Below, in pieces: positions 1 through 12,341 of a stretch of 64,000 bases of DNA. The first letter of the stretch is position 1. The number at the start of each line of letters is the position of its first letter. Under the pieces are notes generated by a model, which did no database searches, was not told the DNA's origin, and worked only from the letters and a program-made list of their open reading frames with translations. Source of the stretch: Bispira polyomma (Eukaryota); the NCBI GenBank assembly GCA_965649765.1, contig OZ287752.1, positions 25,792,001-25,856,000 of the forward strand, read 5' to 3'. The translations under genes were made by a program, and so were the position numbers.

Positions 1-880
1 ACCATCATTGGAGAAAGTAGACACAATTGGCACACCACCAGCATTGGAGAAAGTAGACACAACAGGCACACCACCAGCATTGGAGAAAGCAGACACAACA
101 TCAGTAGTGCAGAAAGTAGACACAACATCAGGCTGAGCAGATGTGTCCAACAAGGAATTGTCCTTTAACATGCCTGGAGCTGGGGTAGAGGTAGAACTGT
201 GACATAACATAGACCTGTCCATGGGTGACATGTCCATCGAAGGCCAGACTGGTGAGGCTTGCTCTGAAAAACACTCGTTCACTTTAAGAATTCTGCTGGC
301 CTTGGAAACGCTAGACAAGGTCGCACTAGCCGACAGTTGTGGAAATTTGGATGGCCGGGTTGACCTCGGCAGGTACTTATCAACCACAGCTAACAAGTCC
401 TTTCTGCAGTCTAGCCAGTAGCAATCCTCGATGGCTTCAGCATCTGTACATAACATGTTAAAAAAAATGCTGACGACGACTGGTTTGCTTGCTTCTGACC
501 TCCTTGAAGTAGTCACTCATCTGTAGCTGCAGGTGTGTAGTGTCATTCAGCTGTTGCAATAGCTTACCCCTGATTGATTCACTCATAGAGCTGCGAGCAC
601 CTGACCCTTTGGGTGTTTGTGAACTAGATCTTGACAACTGCGAATCTGGGGTGCGTTCATCCTGCCCTTGCACATCATTCAAGGATCCTAAATGACTGCA
701 TGGCTCAGTGGATTGCTCAGTGGATTGCTCAGTGGATGATGGACTGACCCAAAATTTGGTCCGGCTGTACTTCAAGAGAGTGTTCTTTTTTGTCATCCGA
801 CTGATGTTGCCACTCAGGAAGGCACACTTTTCCAGAACCCAATTGACCCTCATCGTTTGTTTCGCAGGCGCAGATCCAGA
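1..880 (-). pseudogene. MADF/Myb-SANT-like protein of a Harbinger-type element (end of MADF domain plus BESS-like C-terminal region), one frameshift
   Basis: Minus-strand reading SGSAPAKQTMRVNWVLEKCAFLSGNI resembles the MADF C-terminal motif also seen at 49692-50135 (SGAGAGNITDRAKWIKSNMTFLEKHV). An extra T in a homopolymer at ~460-468 shifts the frame into NMLCTDAEAIEDCYWLDCRKDLLAVVDKY. It continues toward the window start. Confidence 0.6.
6..125. repeat. 36-bp minisatellite (~3 copies), probably coding on the minus strand (VVSTFSNAGGVP repeats)
   Basis: cattggagaaagtagacacaa recurs at 6, 42 and 78 (period 36). Confidence 0.85.
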
Positions 881-892
881 GGCTAATTATCC

Positions 893-1452
893 TAATCTAA
901 TTATCCAAACAAGACCCCGCTCTCTCACTATAGTCGGATAATATAGGGGCTAATTAGAATGGGGGAACAATCACATATAAAATGAAATATAATAGCAAGA
1001 TATTATCCAACACATTTTCACAGGTCAATATAATTATCCGAACAAGACCCCACTTCCTCACTATGGTCGGATAATAGAGGGGCTACATTAATTAATTAAA
1101 ATAGGGGAACAATGACATATAAAATGAAATATAATAGCAAGATAATATCCAACACATTTTCACAGATCAATCTAATTATACAAACAAGACCCCACTCCCT
1201 CACTATGGTCGGATAATAGAGGGGCTACATTAATTAATTAAAATGGGGGAACAATAACATATAAAATAACATATAATAGCAAGATAATATCCAATACATT
1301 TCTACACATCAATCTAATTATCCAAACAAGAGCCTACTCCCTCACTATGGCCAGATAATAGAGGGGCTACATTTATTAAAAGAGGAACAATGACATATAA
1401 AATGACATATAATATCAAGATATTCTCCCACATATTTCAACACATAAATCTA
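893..1452. repeat. ~140-bp tandem satellite, ~4 copies, with internal inverted repeat
   Basis: aattatccaaacaagacccc-like start recurs at ~899, ~1032, ~1174 and ~1315. Units carry attatccga...tcggataat (perfect in copy 2). Confidence 0.9.
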
Positions 1453-1544
1453 TGTAACGTTTATAACTGCATATGAACAAATGGGTTACAGTGTATATAC
1501 TTTTGGCAGCAGAGAACTGCATAGAAATGTTTTATCTGTACTTA

Positions 1545-1850
1545 TCCCCTCTCCAAGCCTCCACACAAACCTTATATCCGCCAACACACACACATATCAT
1601 ACTGGCCACATGACGCTCCTGATGTTTCATTGATGCAGTTATTAATACTTCTTTAGTGAAATAATAAATCACTTAAAATCAAATGACAAATAGCAATATA
1701 TACACATGATGATCTTTGGGTGTTAAGGTATAGTTAAGACATAAAGTATTGGGTATTTTTTACCAAAACTAATATTGAAATTGTAATTTCACATTAATTA
1801 AAGTTAAAAAATGCAATTGAAACCAAGATACTTGCTGCTCTTACAGATAA
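1545..1850 (+). repeat. Dispersed duplicate of 31805-32200
   Basis: Shared colinear blocks, e.g. gcctccacac...actggccacatgacgctcctgatgtttc...tgcagttat and atttcacattaat...aaaaaatgc.attgaaa.caagatact. Confidence 0.8.
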
Positions 1851-2523
1851 AATCATAATATTGTCGTGTATAGATACACAAAAGAACTTGAAAAAGGCTG
1901 TATGAGGACAAAACATGAAAATAAATATGGCACAATTATCTTTTCATATCTCTAATTAAGATTAATAGATCAGAAAACTTTTATATTAGGAATATTTCAT
2001 TTGTTGTATGGGTACATTTTAAAATCTGTTGTTTTGCTAATTTTCCCTTGTAACATGTATAGAGTATACTGTAACATACTAACTTCTACTTTGTAAAAAA
2101 CTATTTTGTTATTTATATCCTGTTAAACATAAGCAGTTTTAACATCAAATATAATTCACACAAAATATTACTTTTCACTCTTATTTGTTTTCATTTTGAT
2201 ATATATAACAAAATTGGCTCCAATTATGTCAACTCTCCATATAAATGGGTGAAGTTCATTCACTGCATATACATATTTCAAATATAAATAACTACAATCT
2301 CTTGATAGCCTACATTGACATTTTATCTCACTGGTGTCAGTGTTATTTTTCAGGAATTACTAAAAATTTCAATATTTTATAATTGAAAATGTTTGGGAAT
2401 GTTTTTCTTTTATATATGATACAAATATATATAATATACAAGCTTTATAGTACTTGGTACCCATATCAATCTGTGATTGTGCATAGCAGGACCTCTTCAA
2501 GGGACTGCTTGTTCAGTCCATAT

Positions 2524-2965
2524 TAGCCTAGGCTTCCTTTCAGCCGATATTTGTTGACCAAATATTTCAGTCTCTATTTGATGTTAGAAACTGCTTTCTC
2601 TTAACATATTTTTGCCGGATCATATGTCGGCAGACGTCTAATCCACCATGAGATGTAATCGGTCTGGGTACAAAAAAATCGGGAGTTCCATCTGACTTCT
2701 GACATAACTGTTACATTATATTATTATATTATTTCGTACTTTCCCTGGAAAGCTAATTTTCGTAGTTCTGATTTTCCAAAAAGTAAAGAGGGTTCCTGCC
2801 TATAAACTTAAATCTAAGCTATTTTTCATCGGATTTTAATGCTAACAAAAGCACAGTAATCACACCTGCCATTTTCAACATCTTACAAATATTGAGTATT
2901 TGTCGTAAGAAAGAAAGTGCTACATCGGCTGATGTCGGATCGGCTCGAATGTTAAGCTTAGGCTA
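2524..2965. mobile_element. MITE / non-autonomous DNA transposon with TAG...CTA termini (superfamily uncertain, Academ-like ends)
   Basis: Left end tagcctaggcttcctttcagccgat matches the reverse complement of the right end, tagcctaagcttaacattcgagccgat, giving ~25-bp imperfect TIRs. Confidence 0.65.
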
Positions 2966-3449
2966 ATTATTGTACACACATTAATTTCTCAGGTTTACCT
3001 AATCATCTATTCTTCTTTCCATCACTTTTTTCAATCGGATTCCCTTCTTCAATCACCTTTATTGTTAACTTGGAAGTCAAACGAATAAAAGGGCGAATAT
3101 ACCTGGCCGATTTTGCTTCCGTATCTGTTTCCGTCATTTGCAAAAATTGAAATATAATAAAAAAGAATACACCTGGCCCACAGCACCTCCAAATAGATTT
3201 TTTTGGGGATGACGAACGAGAATATGAAGTAAATATCATTGATTTTTTTTTCAAAACATGAATACTACCAAAATTGGACAGTTTTGTTGCATTTTAGTTT
3301 GTTTTTAATCAACATATAGACCTTTTAAAACCAGTACTTCAGTTCGATATTATGGGGAAAATGAAGAAGAAGACTCCTATCTACAACAAGTAAAGACAAA
3401 CATCAAGAAAAGTACATGCAAGACAGCCATAAACTCGTTAGATCTGTAG

Positions 3450-3552
3450 CAGGTAACTGGTAGCTTAGTGGTTTTCTCAGGTACTAAGCAGTTTCTTACT
3501 GTCGCATGCTGCCTCTTGACAACACGGTTGAGATGTTAAATATCTTGCTGAA
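3450..3552 (+). mobile_element. Degenerate SINE 3' half (V-domain-like)
   Basis: ggttttctcaggtact...gtttc resembles the central domain of V-type SINEs and is followed by an aaatatcttgctgaaa tail-like segment. No head is recognisable. Confidence 0.3.
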
Positions 3553-4239
3553 ATTAGAAGCATCCAACTTACCAAGTGAGTGGATAGATTTGAAGGGAAG
3601 ACCTATCATAACTGCATCCTATCGCATCTCCTCGGGTAATATACAAAAGGCGGACAAGCCAGCATTTTTTATTCATTCAGTTGCACCATCTCGAGAGTAC
3701 ACTTCAACTGGCAATCAAAGATTTTATAGAATTTTAATATTAGTGGGAAAGGGTGGTACTTTTTTTATGCCACAGCAACACCAACAGGCAGCACAGTATG
3801 TGTACCGCCAGCAACAGCTCAGACCATAGGTACCACAGCCTCTTCAGCAGTCACCTGTCAGGTCCACCATCTAGCTTGTCCAACAAGTGCCACAAATCAT
3901 CTGTGGAGGTTCCTCGACAGCAAGCACCAGTGGCACCAATCTCTCCAACCCACCCTCAGTGGAGTCCTACATCATAAACACATCATCAGTGTCGTCCTTT
4001 ACAAGGAAATTCGACATGGGCGGGGGGACATTAGCTACCAGAACATGGACACTCGCAATCCTATGATGCCTCTGACGCCTCATGACACAGACACAACCCA
4101 AAAAATTGGACCCAGGGAGCAGGGAAATAACCCTCTAATTAACCAAGCTTTCCACTTCAATCAAATTTAAAATCAAAAACTGTAGTGGGTCTCCTTTTAA
4201 CATTAAGGTGAGTCGACTTAACATGGTTCTACTTGAGGG

Positions 4240-4870
4240 GGTTTCCACATAAAATGGGATTTGACCTCAGAGTTCTACTTGTGGAAATCGCTCCCACCTT
4301 TCCTCGGACATTTAATAGCAATATACTTGCCGTCTATGGCTCCCATTGGAACATTCCAAATATTCCTAAAGACAGACTCAACCTTCTTCCAGTGCTCAGG
4401 GCTAGGGGGGCATTTGATGAATTCTTCCTGGTACTCATATATGATGGCATGACAAACCTGTGGCACAAACTTAGTGAGGGTTAACCTGTCCACTACGAAG
4501 GAGTACTGCAGTGATATGTATGACTCCCTAGTAGCCAAAATGTCTCAAAGTGATAGCTATCTTGAATCCAGGGGACAGTGGCTTCCTGTACCAGGTTGTC
4601 TGTCTCTGTATCCTGTTCCCCACCCTTCTCTCCATCTCCTGGGACACGTCAGGTGTCATCCTGTGAAAGTTGCAATATGACTGGACATCTTACAACTTCA
4701 TGCGTTGGATAAGTGCTGTGTAGTGTCTATGTTCTTCCCTCCCCCTGAGCCATGGCTTGACCCACAACCTTCACCTTGCTCTTCCTCTTCTGGCCACCTT
4801 TCCCTGAGCCTGTGGATTCTGTGCCTCCCATTGACTTCTTAATCTTCTTATTCTTCCCTCAATGTCTAAA
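4240..4870 (-). pseudogene. PIF/Harbinger transposase fragment (N-terminal half to first catalytic Asp)
   Basis: WVKPWL...EMERRVGHRIQRQTTWYRKPLSPGFKIAITLRHF / ATRESYISLQYSFVV...WNVPMGAIDGKYIAIKCPRKGGS (DDE_Tnp_4/HARBI1-like GAIDG motif), with stops and frameshifts. Confidence 0.9.
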
Positions 4871-5039
4871 ATAGCCTAAAATAGGTATTAATTGAATTAC
4901 TTATATGTACAGCCTTAAGTCTTGTTGCAATATTTATTCTCCCTATGTGTTATCATCTTTCTTACTTGACTTCTGAATTAAAACTGTCTGTATACAAGTT
5001 CTCCGCTCCCGTTTTAATGCTTTTGGTGGCTATTTTGAG

Positions 5040-5302
5040 CCTGACCAGAATTTTTTGTGACCAGAATTTGGTCCAGGACCAGGATCAGTAACTTCTGGAA
5101 ACTAATTTGGACAATTTATCCTATATATCCGGGTTTACCAATAAGTTATCTTATTGGTTGAAGCACAATATGAGTATAATCGTATGACACATTTTTTTCC
5201 TGCACTTTTCAGAATCAATCAGCGCAAAATGTCCACGATTAACCCCGATTATATAATCAGGCCATTGCCCCGACTAGTCCCTTGATGGTGGAACAGTACT
5301 GA
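5040..5302 (-). mobile_element. Probable Harbinger terminal region upstream of the 4.2-4.9 kb transposase
   Basis: Minus strand near 5300 reads gtactgttccacc, sharing ctgttccac with the end of the second Harbinger at ~9206. Confidence 0.4.
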
Positions 5303-6149
5303 GATAATGTCGCAGGATTCCGGTTTTCAAAAAAAAAGTTGTGTTACTTTTTATTGTATTTTTACACAGTGAACCTGTTCCTTGAGTTAAGGTGACCATA
5401 TACAAAAAAGCCCACATAAAAGCCCAGGTATGTTCGGGTTTACATTTACTTTGTTTTTGAATTTTGGAAATGTAAGCAACCGGAAATAAACAAAGTGAAT
5501 TTGGGGAAAGGTAATAAAATAATTAATGTATGAGATGTTTTATACACGTTTTGTACAAGTATTTAACAAGTTTTGGGAACTGTTTTAATTATGTTCGTTA
5601 TGTTAGCCAGGTTTTTAGATATGATCCATACGATTCCCTTACACATTTCATTCAGTTGCGATCTTGTTACAGACGTTTTGAATGGGTTGCATTCGCTTAA
5701 TTTACGTCTCTGGTTATTATTTGGATGTATAGTACCTGTTATATCCTTCATATAAGCATTGAAGACGTGCCAGACATGTCATACATTTGCTGCGCATGCA
5801 CCGACCGTTTTAGTGGAGATTGTTGAAAACGACTCCAACAACAGTTTCATTTCATGCTGCTCGAAATTATAGATTTTATCTTCATTTCTCTTCATTTTTC
5901 CTATGTTTTACTCATGAAAGCATACGTTTCTATATATGTTCAATAAGCAAAATCAGGTTCGTTTTGCAATTGTCTTAATCTAGTTTTATGTTAATCCTCA
6001 ATGAGCAGAAGCAGTAATATAATTTGCATCATACAGTTTAACATATTAATAATATATATCACAAGTCTCTACTGGTATGCACCATATTTTTAATTTTATG
6101 CAAACAGAATATGATTATGCAAATTAATAGTCCAATAGGAGGAAAGGTT

Positions 6150-7200
6150 TGTGATTAGAATGTTTTTAGTTTTTATTCTCTGAAACCTATAATACTTGTC
6201 TCAGTACAAAGACTGGCAGGATGACTATTTCATTCAGCAGGTGCTGCAACTTTAAATGATTTTGTAGCTGCAAGATTTTGAGGTAAACAGTCAGAGGCGG
6301 AGTAATGATTTCTGAGAATGATTGCTTAGACATAACACAGCTGATAAGTAGGCTGGCTGCTGTACATGGATAGTCTTACAAATGAGGGCATTACTTCGAA
6401 TTTTATACATAAATCAATCAGTAGCCAGTACAATAGGTTAAGGGGTTGTGTGTCAACACTGACCAGAATAACATAAAATTCTGGATTGTTTTAAATTGTC
6501 TGTAGTTTGTTGATTTGTCCCTGTTCGATGACATACAGTGGTTGCAGTAATCGACTAATCTTGCCAACAAGACATTAACAGCTGCAACATCATTTTCAAA
6601 AGTTAGGTGACGACTTACTTTATAAAAGTCACAAATGTTGCAGTAGCAATATATTTGAAACATGTATTTTAAAGGATAAATCAGAGTAAAAAAATCAGAG
6701 TAAACAATTTTTTGGCACTGTTGACAGGAGGAGTGTTGTTACTGAGAAGAATTACAGGTAGAACTTTTTCCCTTGGATGTTTTGTACCAATAAGAAGAAA
6801 GTCTGTTTTTCTTGGTTCAGATTTGTGTATGATCTGCATAAAGGGATAGCTGACATCCTGGTGTGAGGATAAGACTTGATCAAGTGGATGAGTGTAGAGT
6901 AAAAAAGAAGGGACCCAGGACATTTTATGTCAGGTAGAACAGGGCCAGTAGATTTATGAATGGTCTTATTTACTGTCTGCCATAATTTTCGAGAGAAATT
7001 AAAGAGTCGGGCTGGTTTTGGAAATGAGTAAATCATAATGTTCTTTCTTGACCATTAAAAGGAGCTTTTTATGATTCTTCACAGAAGCTCTGTAATGATC
7101 TGTCAATCCTAGATTTAGTAAGAGGCAAAATTCTCTGGAGGAACCTTTTCCGCATCTCAGCCACAAGGTTTCTAGTAGTGATCCAGCTGCTGTCTGGGTG
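6150..7200 (-). mobile_element. Highly degenerate L2-clade LINE ORF2 fragment with internal deletions
   Basis: Remnants SRKLWQTVNKTIHK (linker), LYTHPL..VLSSH, KTDFLLIGTK, SAKKL, LVDYCN and KVAAPA.xNSHP occur in correct RT order. Confidence 0.7.
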
Positions 7201-8246
7201 TGTGGAGTTTCATTTTATCACCATCATTTAAATATTTTTTTTGGCATTAAATGCAGAAGACTGTAAAAATGTACAAGCTTTACGCTAACATTATGTAGCT
7301 CACAAAAGTCAACACAGCAAATTACCACCTTGATTGAGCAGGAAAATCTCCCATCTGGAAAGTATTTTCATTACGAAGTTGAGCTTTGATCTAATCAAAT
7401 AGTATTATTGTGCTTGTATTTGAAGGTTTGATATATATATATACAGTATATACTTTACAATACTCTATAATGTCTTTCCAGAAGGTTTTACTTAAAGATT
7501 TTGCATATTGTCTTTGTGATCCTGTCTTAATCCCGAAAGATCTTCTTATTCCTACTTGCCACTTTAAGTTTACACAATTGTTTGCATGAACCACTATACC
7601 TTCCAGTTCACGATAAAAGAAGCCTTTGATAAATTGGTCACATATCTTCGATGGGACAAGACTCAAAATGTTCCTTACAAAAAGGGTAGGTGAAGCTATT
7701 GGTCAATCAGGGAATTTCTATGGCCAGTTAATTTCGTCAGTTGACATGTTTTTACAATATATAACATATTGGCTTAAAAATGCAGCCATAATATATAATT
7801 GATGTATATTATAATATTTTACATTAACTACATTCAAAAAATGCTTTATAAATTGGTTTATTTTGGGTGGTAAAATTCGCTGTTGGACTATAAAATTCAC
7901 TGAGCGAAATTCACTAGTATTCAGTGGAACAGATAATGCGTTGCCTATACCAATAAACCAAGTTACGGCACATGTGCCTCCAGGGAGACACATGCGGAGA
8001 CAAGGAGAAAGTTCATCACGAAAATGAACTTTTAAAACAGACATCTAGTCAGCTGTAGTGGCTAGCTATATTGGCAATGTAAGAAGATTTTATCAAGTTA
8101 CCTTGAAAACATTATCGTATAATTCACAATATTATTTAAGTACATATGCTGATATGTTTATAGTATATACATTGCTCTGAGTAGTCAATGTCTGGTACTG
8201 TGGTGGTTGATATGCCTGACACACACGTCACTTGGGTGTAACATAG

Positions 8247-8490
8247 TTGTGTGTTGACTGTTGCTACTGTGACTGTTGCTGTACCTACTGCTGTAGCTAT
8301 TGCTACATCTGCTGCCTAGACTGTTGCGTTTTCTGCTGTGTTGGCTGTTGCTGTATCTGTTGTTGTAGCTGCTGCGGTGTCTGCAGTGTTGTAAAGTGTG
8401 GCGGGTACATTTGGATAATGATCATTAATTTGGTGGAGGATCCATGGTGTCCAGCTGCTGCTGTGTTGCCTGCTGCTAGAGTTTGCACTG
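8247..8490. repeat. Degenerate CAG/CAA (CTG/TTG) trinucleotide low-complexity tract
   Basis: Reads poly-Q on the minus strand and poly-Cys on the plus strand. Confidence 0.7.
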
Positions 8491-8859
8491 ATAAAGAACT
8501 TTCATGAATGAAGTAGGTTGTTCTCAGAGTCCTTTAAAGCCAGTTCTAATTCTAGTCACCTTGCTATACTGGGTCCTTATCAACCTCCACAAGACACCTA
8601 AGTGGAGCACTGTAACATCCAGCCCACAGCCCACAATTTGCGGTAAAACATGGACCTCCTCTACCTTATACCCCATAATCACATACCCCTTGGGCCTCCT
8701 CTTGGCCTTTCCCCTCATCAATCATACTCTAGTCTGGTTTCAAGGCCTCTCACTGTATATTACAACAGTCTAGCAGTTCTTTAGTGGAATTCATTCAATG
8801 AACTTGTAATGCTTTAGAACAGTGTTTCTGTGTGCATATTCTTACAACACAAATACATT

Positions 8860-9203
8860 ACATGCAGAGAATGCTACGGAGGCTTCAAAGGTACAGTTTT
8901 ATATTGAAATACAAACCTGGTAAAGAACTGATTATTGCAGACACACTCCAGAGCACCATCTTCTGACACTGGTAGCTCGACAGAAGATAACATACAGCAA
9001 TATGTTCACACAGTGATCAGTAGCCTCCACATAGCTGCCAGTAGAGTGCAAGATATCAAGGCTGCTAAAGTTGGAGATGAAGATTTGTTTCAACTATTGA
9101 CCATCACACTAAATGGATGTCCAGACAACAAATCAGCCTCACCCCTTCAACTTTATGAGTACTGGAGTTGCAAAGATGAGCTGTCTGTAGCAGATGGTCT
9201 GAT
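8860..9203 (+). mobile_element. Ty3/Gypsy pol fragment (RNase H end to pre-integrase region), truncated by a Harbinger
   Basis: MQRMLRRLQRYSFILKYKPGKELIIADTL (frameshift) SRAP...DEDLFQLLTITLNGCPDNKSASPLQLYEYWSCKDELSVADGL, a typical Gypsy pol sequence. Confidence 0.85.
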
Positions 9204-9659
9204 GCGGCTGTTCCACTTAGCTGATTGATCGGGCTAGCCTCCCGATGATGTTATCGGGTACACTCGGCAGCATTTGCCCCCCATTCTTAAAGAAAAGCGC
9301 GGGAAAATCTGCGTCACGCGATTATAATCATGAAGAATCATGAAGAATCGTGAGTGGGATGATAATTCAGGGGGGCTCTCGATGGATCTTAACAATCAGC
9401 CCGGTTTGACATCCTGATGCACAAATTGCTGCCCCGAGCTTCCTGATCTGGGGTGATAAGTCGGTAGTACTGTTACAATTGTTAAGACAACTTAAGAGAC
9501 TCGGCGTGGTTCACTCTGACAAATTCTGGTAATTAACGTTGGTGGAAACCTTGAAATGTCCAAGATTGTCAGCTATGAACCCTATATGTAGGTTTCTTAA
9601 CTCAAATCCAGACAGATTTAATTGTCAAGATGGTTCTACAAAAAGTAATAGAGATTATG

Positions 9660-10950
9660 AGGTTACTTCAAGTTTTAATTGCTTCAATGCGACTGAAAGT
9701 GATGGTTTTTTTACATCAGCAAAGAAGAATAGACATGTTAAGAAGAGAGACAGACACAGAGAATACAGGTCTAGGGAAAGTCGTCAAACGAGGAAGAGCC
9801 AGATGTCGATTCTTGGTGAAGCCATGGCTCAAGCAATGTGAGTAACATGAGCATTACTCTGCATTTCTCCCCTGCCTGGAACTACTAGATAGGGTGTCAT
9901 ACCGTAACTTCCTGAGGATGTTCCCCGATGCATTCCAAGAGATGGAAAGGAGGGTTGGGCATAGGATCTAGACACAGGCCACTTGGTTTAGGAAGCCACC
10001 TTCCCCTGGACTGAAGATTGCCATAACATTGGAGCCATTTGGCCATTGGAGTGACCTACAGTTCTCTACATTGCTCCTTTGCAGTGGGGAGGTCCACCAA
10101 AACCAAGTTAGTCCCCTAAGTGTGCCAGACAATCATTGATGAATACTAGGAAGAATTCTTGGCTTGCCTGACAACTACACAGGGCTGGAAGAAGGTGGAG
10201 GCTCAGTATAGAATGTGCCCAATGCCTTGGGCTTGTGGGTAAACCATTTATCAATATCGTCAATATTTATTGTTTGGGATTCTGCATGCTGATATCGACG
10301 TGTAATAACAACATATCAATATTATAATAGACACATATTACACCTTGGGAAAACATTTATACAAAAATTTTTATTATATTTTATGGTTAATACCTTTTAA
10401 TTAACGAATGATGACCATTTTAAGGTCATTTGTACTTGTAAACTTATAGCGGTTCTCACTTCTGGTTTCATTCGGGCAGGTTTTTTTTTTGAGATACGTT
10501 TCACTTTCTTTACATTTTGTAACCTCCCGATATTGGGCAATATTGAAAAGTTATTTTACTTTCAATATTGATCTCCACCAGCCCAAACAATTTACCCACT
10601 ACCCTGGGGGTCCATCACTTTATTCTGGGTGATGGGGCATTTGCCCTAAAAACCTTGCTGATGAAGCCCCTCTCCAGATGAGGGATAGACTCCAACGAGC
10701 TCATATACAACTACAGAATTTCCCGGGGTAGAATGGTTGTGGAAAATTCATTTGGAATACTAGTCCAGAGGTTTTGTGTGTTGCTGTCAACAATGCAACA
10801 AGAACCACCAGTTGTAGCCACTACAAGCATGGCCTCTGTGATCTCAAACAATAAGATAAGGAGGGCCACCATCAACCAGGCAATGTCCCACGCAAACAAT
10901 GAAGAGGACCCACCCTCCACACAGGAGGAAGCTACTGATGGGGTACTTTC
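9660..10950 (+). pseudogene. PIF/Harbinger transposase, multiple stops/frameshifts and a MITE insertion
   Basis: LVKPWL...YRNFLRMFPDAFQEMERRVGHRI...RKPPSPGLKIAITL, then FILGDGAFALKTLLMKP...[23 protein letters not shown] (GD and VENxFG catalytic motifs). Confidence 0.9.
10228..10606. mobile_element. hAT-like MITE inserted in the Harbinger transposase
   Basis: gtgggtaaa (10235-10243) and tttacccac (10591-10599) are inverted repeats extending to gggc/gggt ends. The AT-rich interior interrupts the coding sequence. Confidence 0.55.
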
Positions 10951-11273
10951 TCAATGAGAGAGTAGTGCCGTCGCAGAACGACACACACCCTAATGTTCCA
11001 AAAACATTATCTGAGCTGTTTTCAAATAAAAAAAAACCCTCACTACAAGAATCAAACTGGCCCCACAAAATAAATTAGCTCACATACATACAATTAAAAA
11101 CAAAATTGAAACCCCTTCAAATACAACTGATTAATAAGAGCCCTTCCCAGTAAAAATATTTTAAATACTGGCCTCTTTACATACAACTCTTTTAGTAGTG
11201 GGCCCCTTTAAATAGACGTATGTCAGAAAAACTGCCAGCCCCCCCCCCCCCCCCTACACATGCAATGTATATG

Positions 11274-11424
11274 TAACAGACTTCCATTGAAGGGGCCATC
11301 TTCTAAACAGACTTCCATTTAAGATGCCATGTTCTCGGCAGACTTCCATTTAAGGGGACCAACCACTAAACAGACTTCTATTTAAGGGGGCCAACTACTA
11401 AACAAACTTCGATTTAAAAGGGCA
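11274..11424. repeat. ~31-bp minisatellite, 5 copies
   Basis: aacagacttccatttaagggg-like unit repeated. Confidence 0.85.
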
Positions 11425-12341
11425 TGTATGGCCCCCTGTTGAGCCCCTTCTTTCTGTATCTTGGGTCTCTGCGTCTTGCAGGGCTGTAAACTGAGATAAC
11501 TGGGTCACAATCAGAGCTTCTTCAGGTGTGTTAATATCAAAGTCCCTATCCTGCTCCTCATCATCTTAATTCACCATCTTCCTCATCCTTCCCCTCTTAT
11601 TGGGTGGCATATTTATTAAAAATTTACAATATAAAAACTTTTAATCTCAAGAAAACTAACAAGAAACAAAGCAAAATATATATGTATTGCAAAGTATATA
11701 TTGCCAGTTGCTGATGTGTACTCTTCGCTGCTAAAAATTTAATGAGGTGAAGATTACTGTCACAGCATCCTTTTATATGTTTCTCGTCCCCCGATTTGAC
11801 TCATGAGCAAATAAACATATGCTTCCGAGTTATCGTTGTCAACCCCGAGTTTTCTTTCGTGTTATCCTTACACCCGGCCGTGGCTTCCTACTTTGACCTG
11901 AGCTATCGGAAGCCACGCCCAAGTTATCTTCACACCCCAAGGACTTATCCTTAGCACATGACATGATAACTCAGGGCCAATGACCCATAAGTCGGTAGCT
12001 TCCCAACCTATTGTTAGGGATGGGGCAACACTCGGAATGGTTATCTTTGAATTGCTTCTGATTTTGGTCCTTGGCAGCAATGATTGTAAAGATAGGTTGT
12101 TAGGGCTGAACAATAAGTCATTGCAAGCGCCCAATTGCTCTAGTTATTGTGTGTGTATCACCCAATCCCAGAGGTTTTCAAACATGCTTAAAAACCTGAG
12201 CGAGTGGCCCGAATGCCCCTGATAGCTAAATATAACTCGTGAGCAACTCCCCATCCACCCAATTAAACCCACAGGGGCCAGGGTACGCAATGCGCCGAGA
12301 TACGGTGTAGAATTGCAGTACGTAATACCTAGCTATAGCAA

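Larger units (their letters stand above)
9204..12325 (+). mobile_element. Decayed Harbinger element: transposase (+) convergent with the start of a second ORF (-, ATG ~11611)
   Basis: Begins abruptly inside Gypsy pol at ggctgttccactta and has GC-balanced subterminal regions rich in cccga/tcggg motifs at both ends. The right-hand TIR does not match well, so it may be a composite. Confidence 0.55.

Noticed and set aside
893-1452. CRISPR-like repeat arrays (also 11274-11424 and 19195-19610)
   Set aside because: Whole units repeat with no unique spacers, no cas genes are present, and the context is eukaryotic.
8247-8507. Cys-rich 86-aa ORF resembling a metallothionein or keratin-associated protein
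   Set aside because: It is the antisense reading of a degenerate CAG/CAA tract, has a non-ATG start, and shows no metallothionein Cys-x-Cys/Lys pattern or gene structure.
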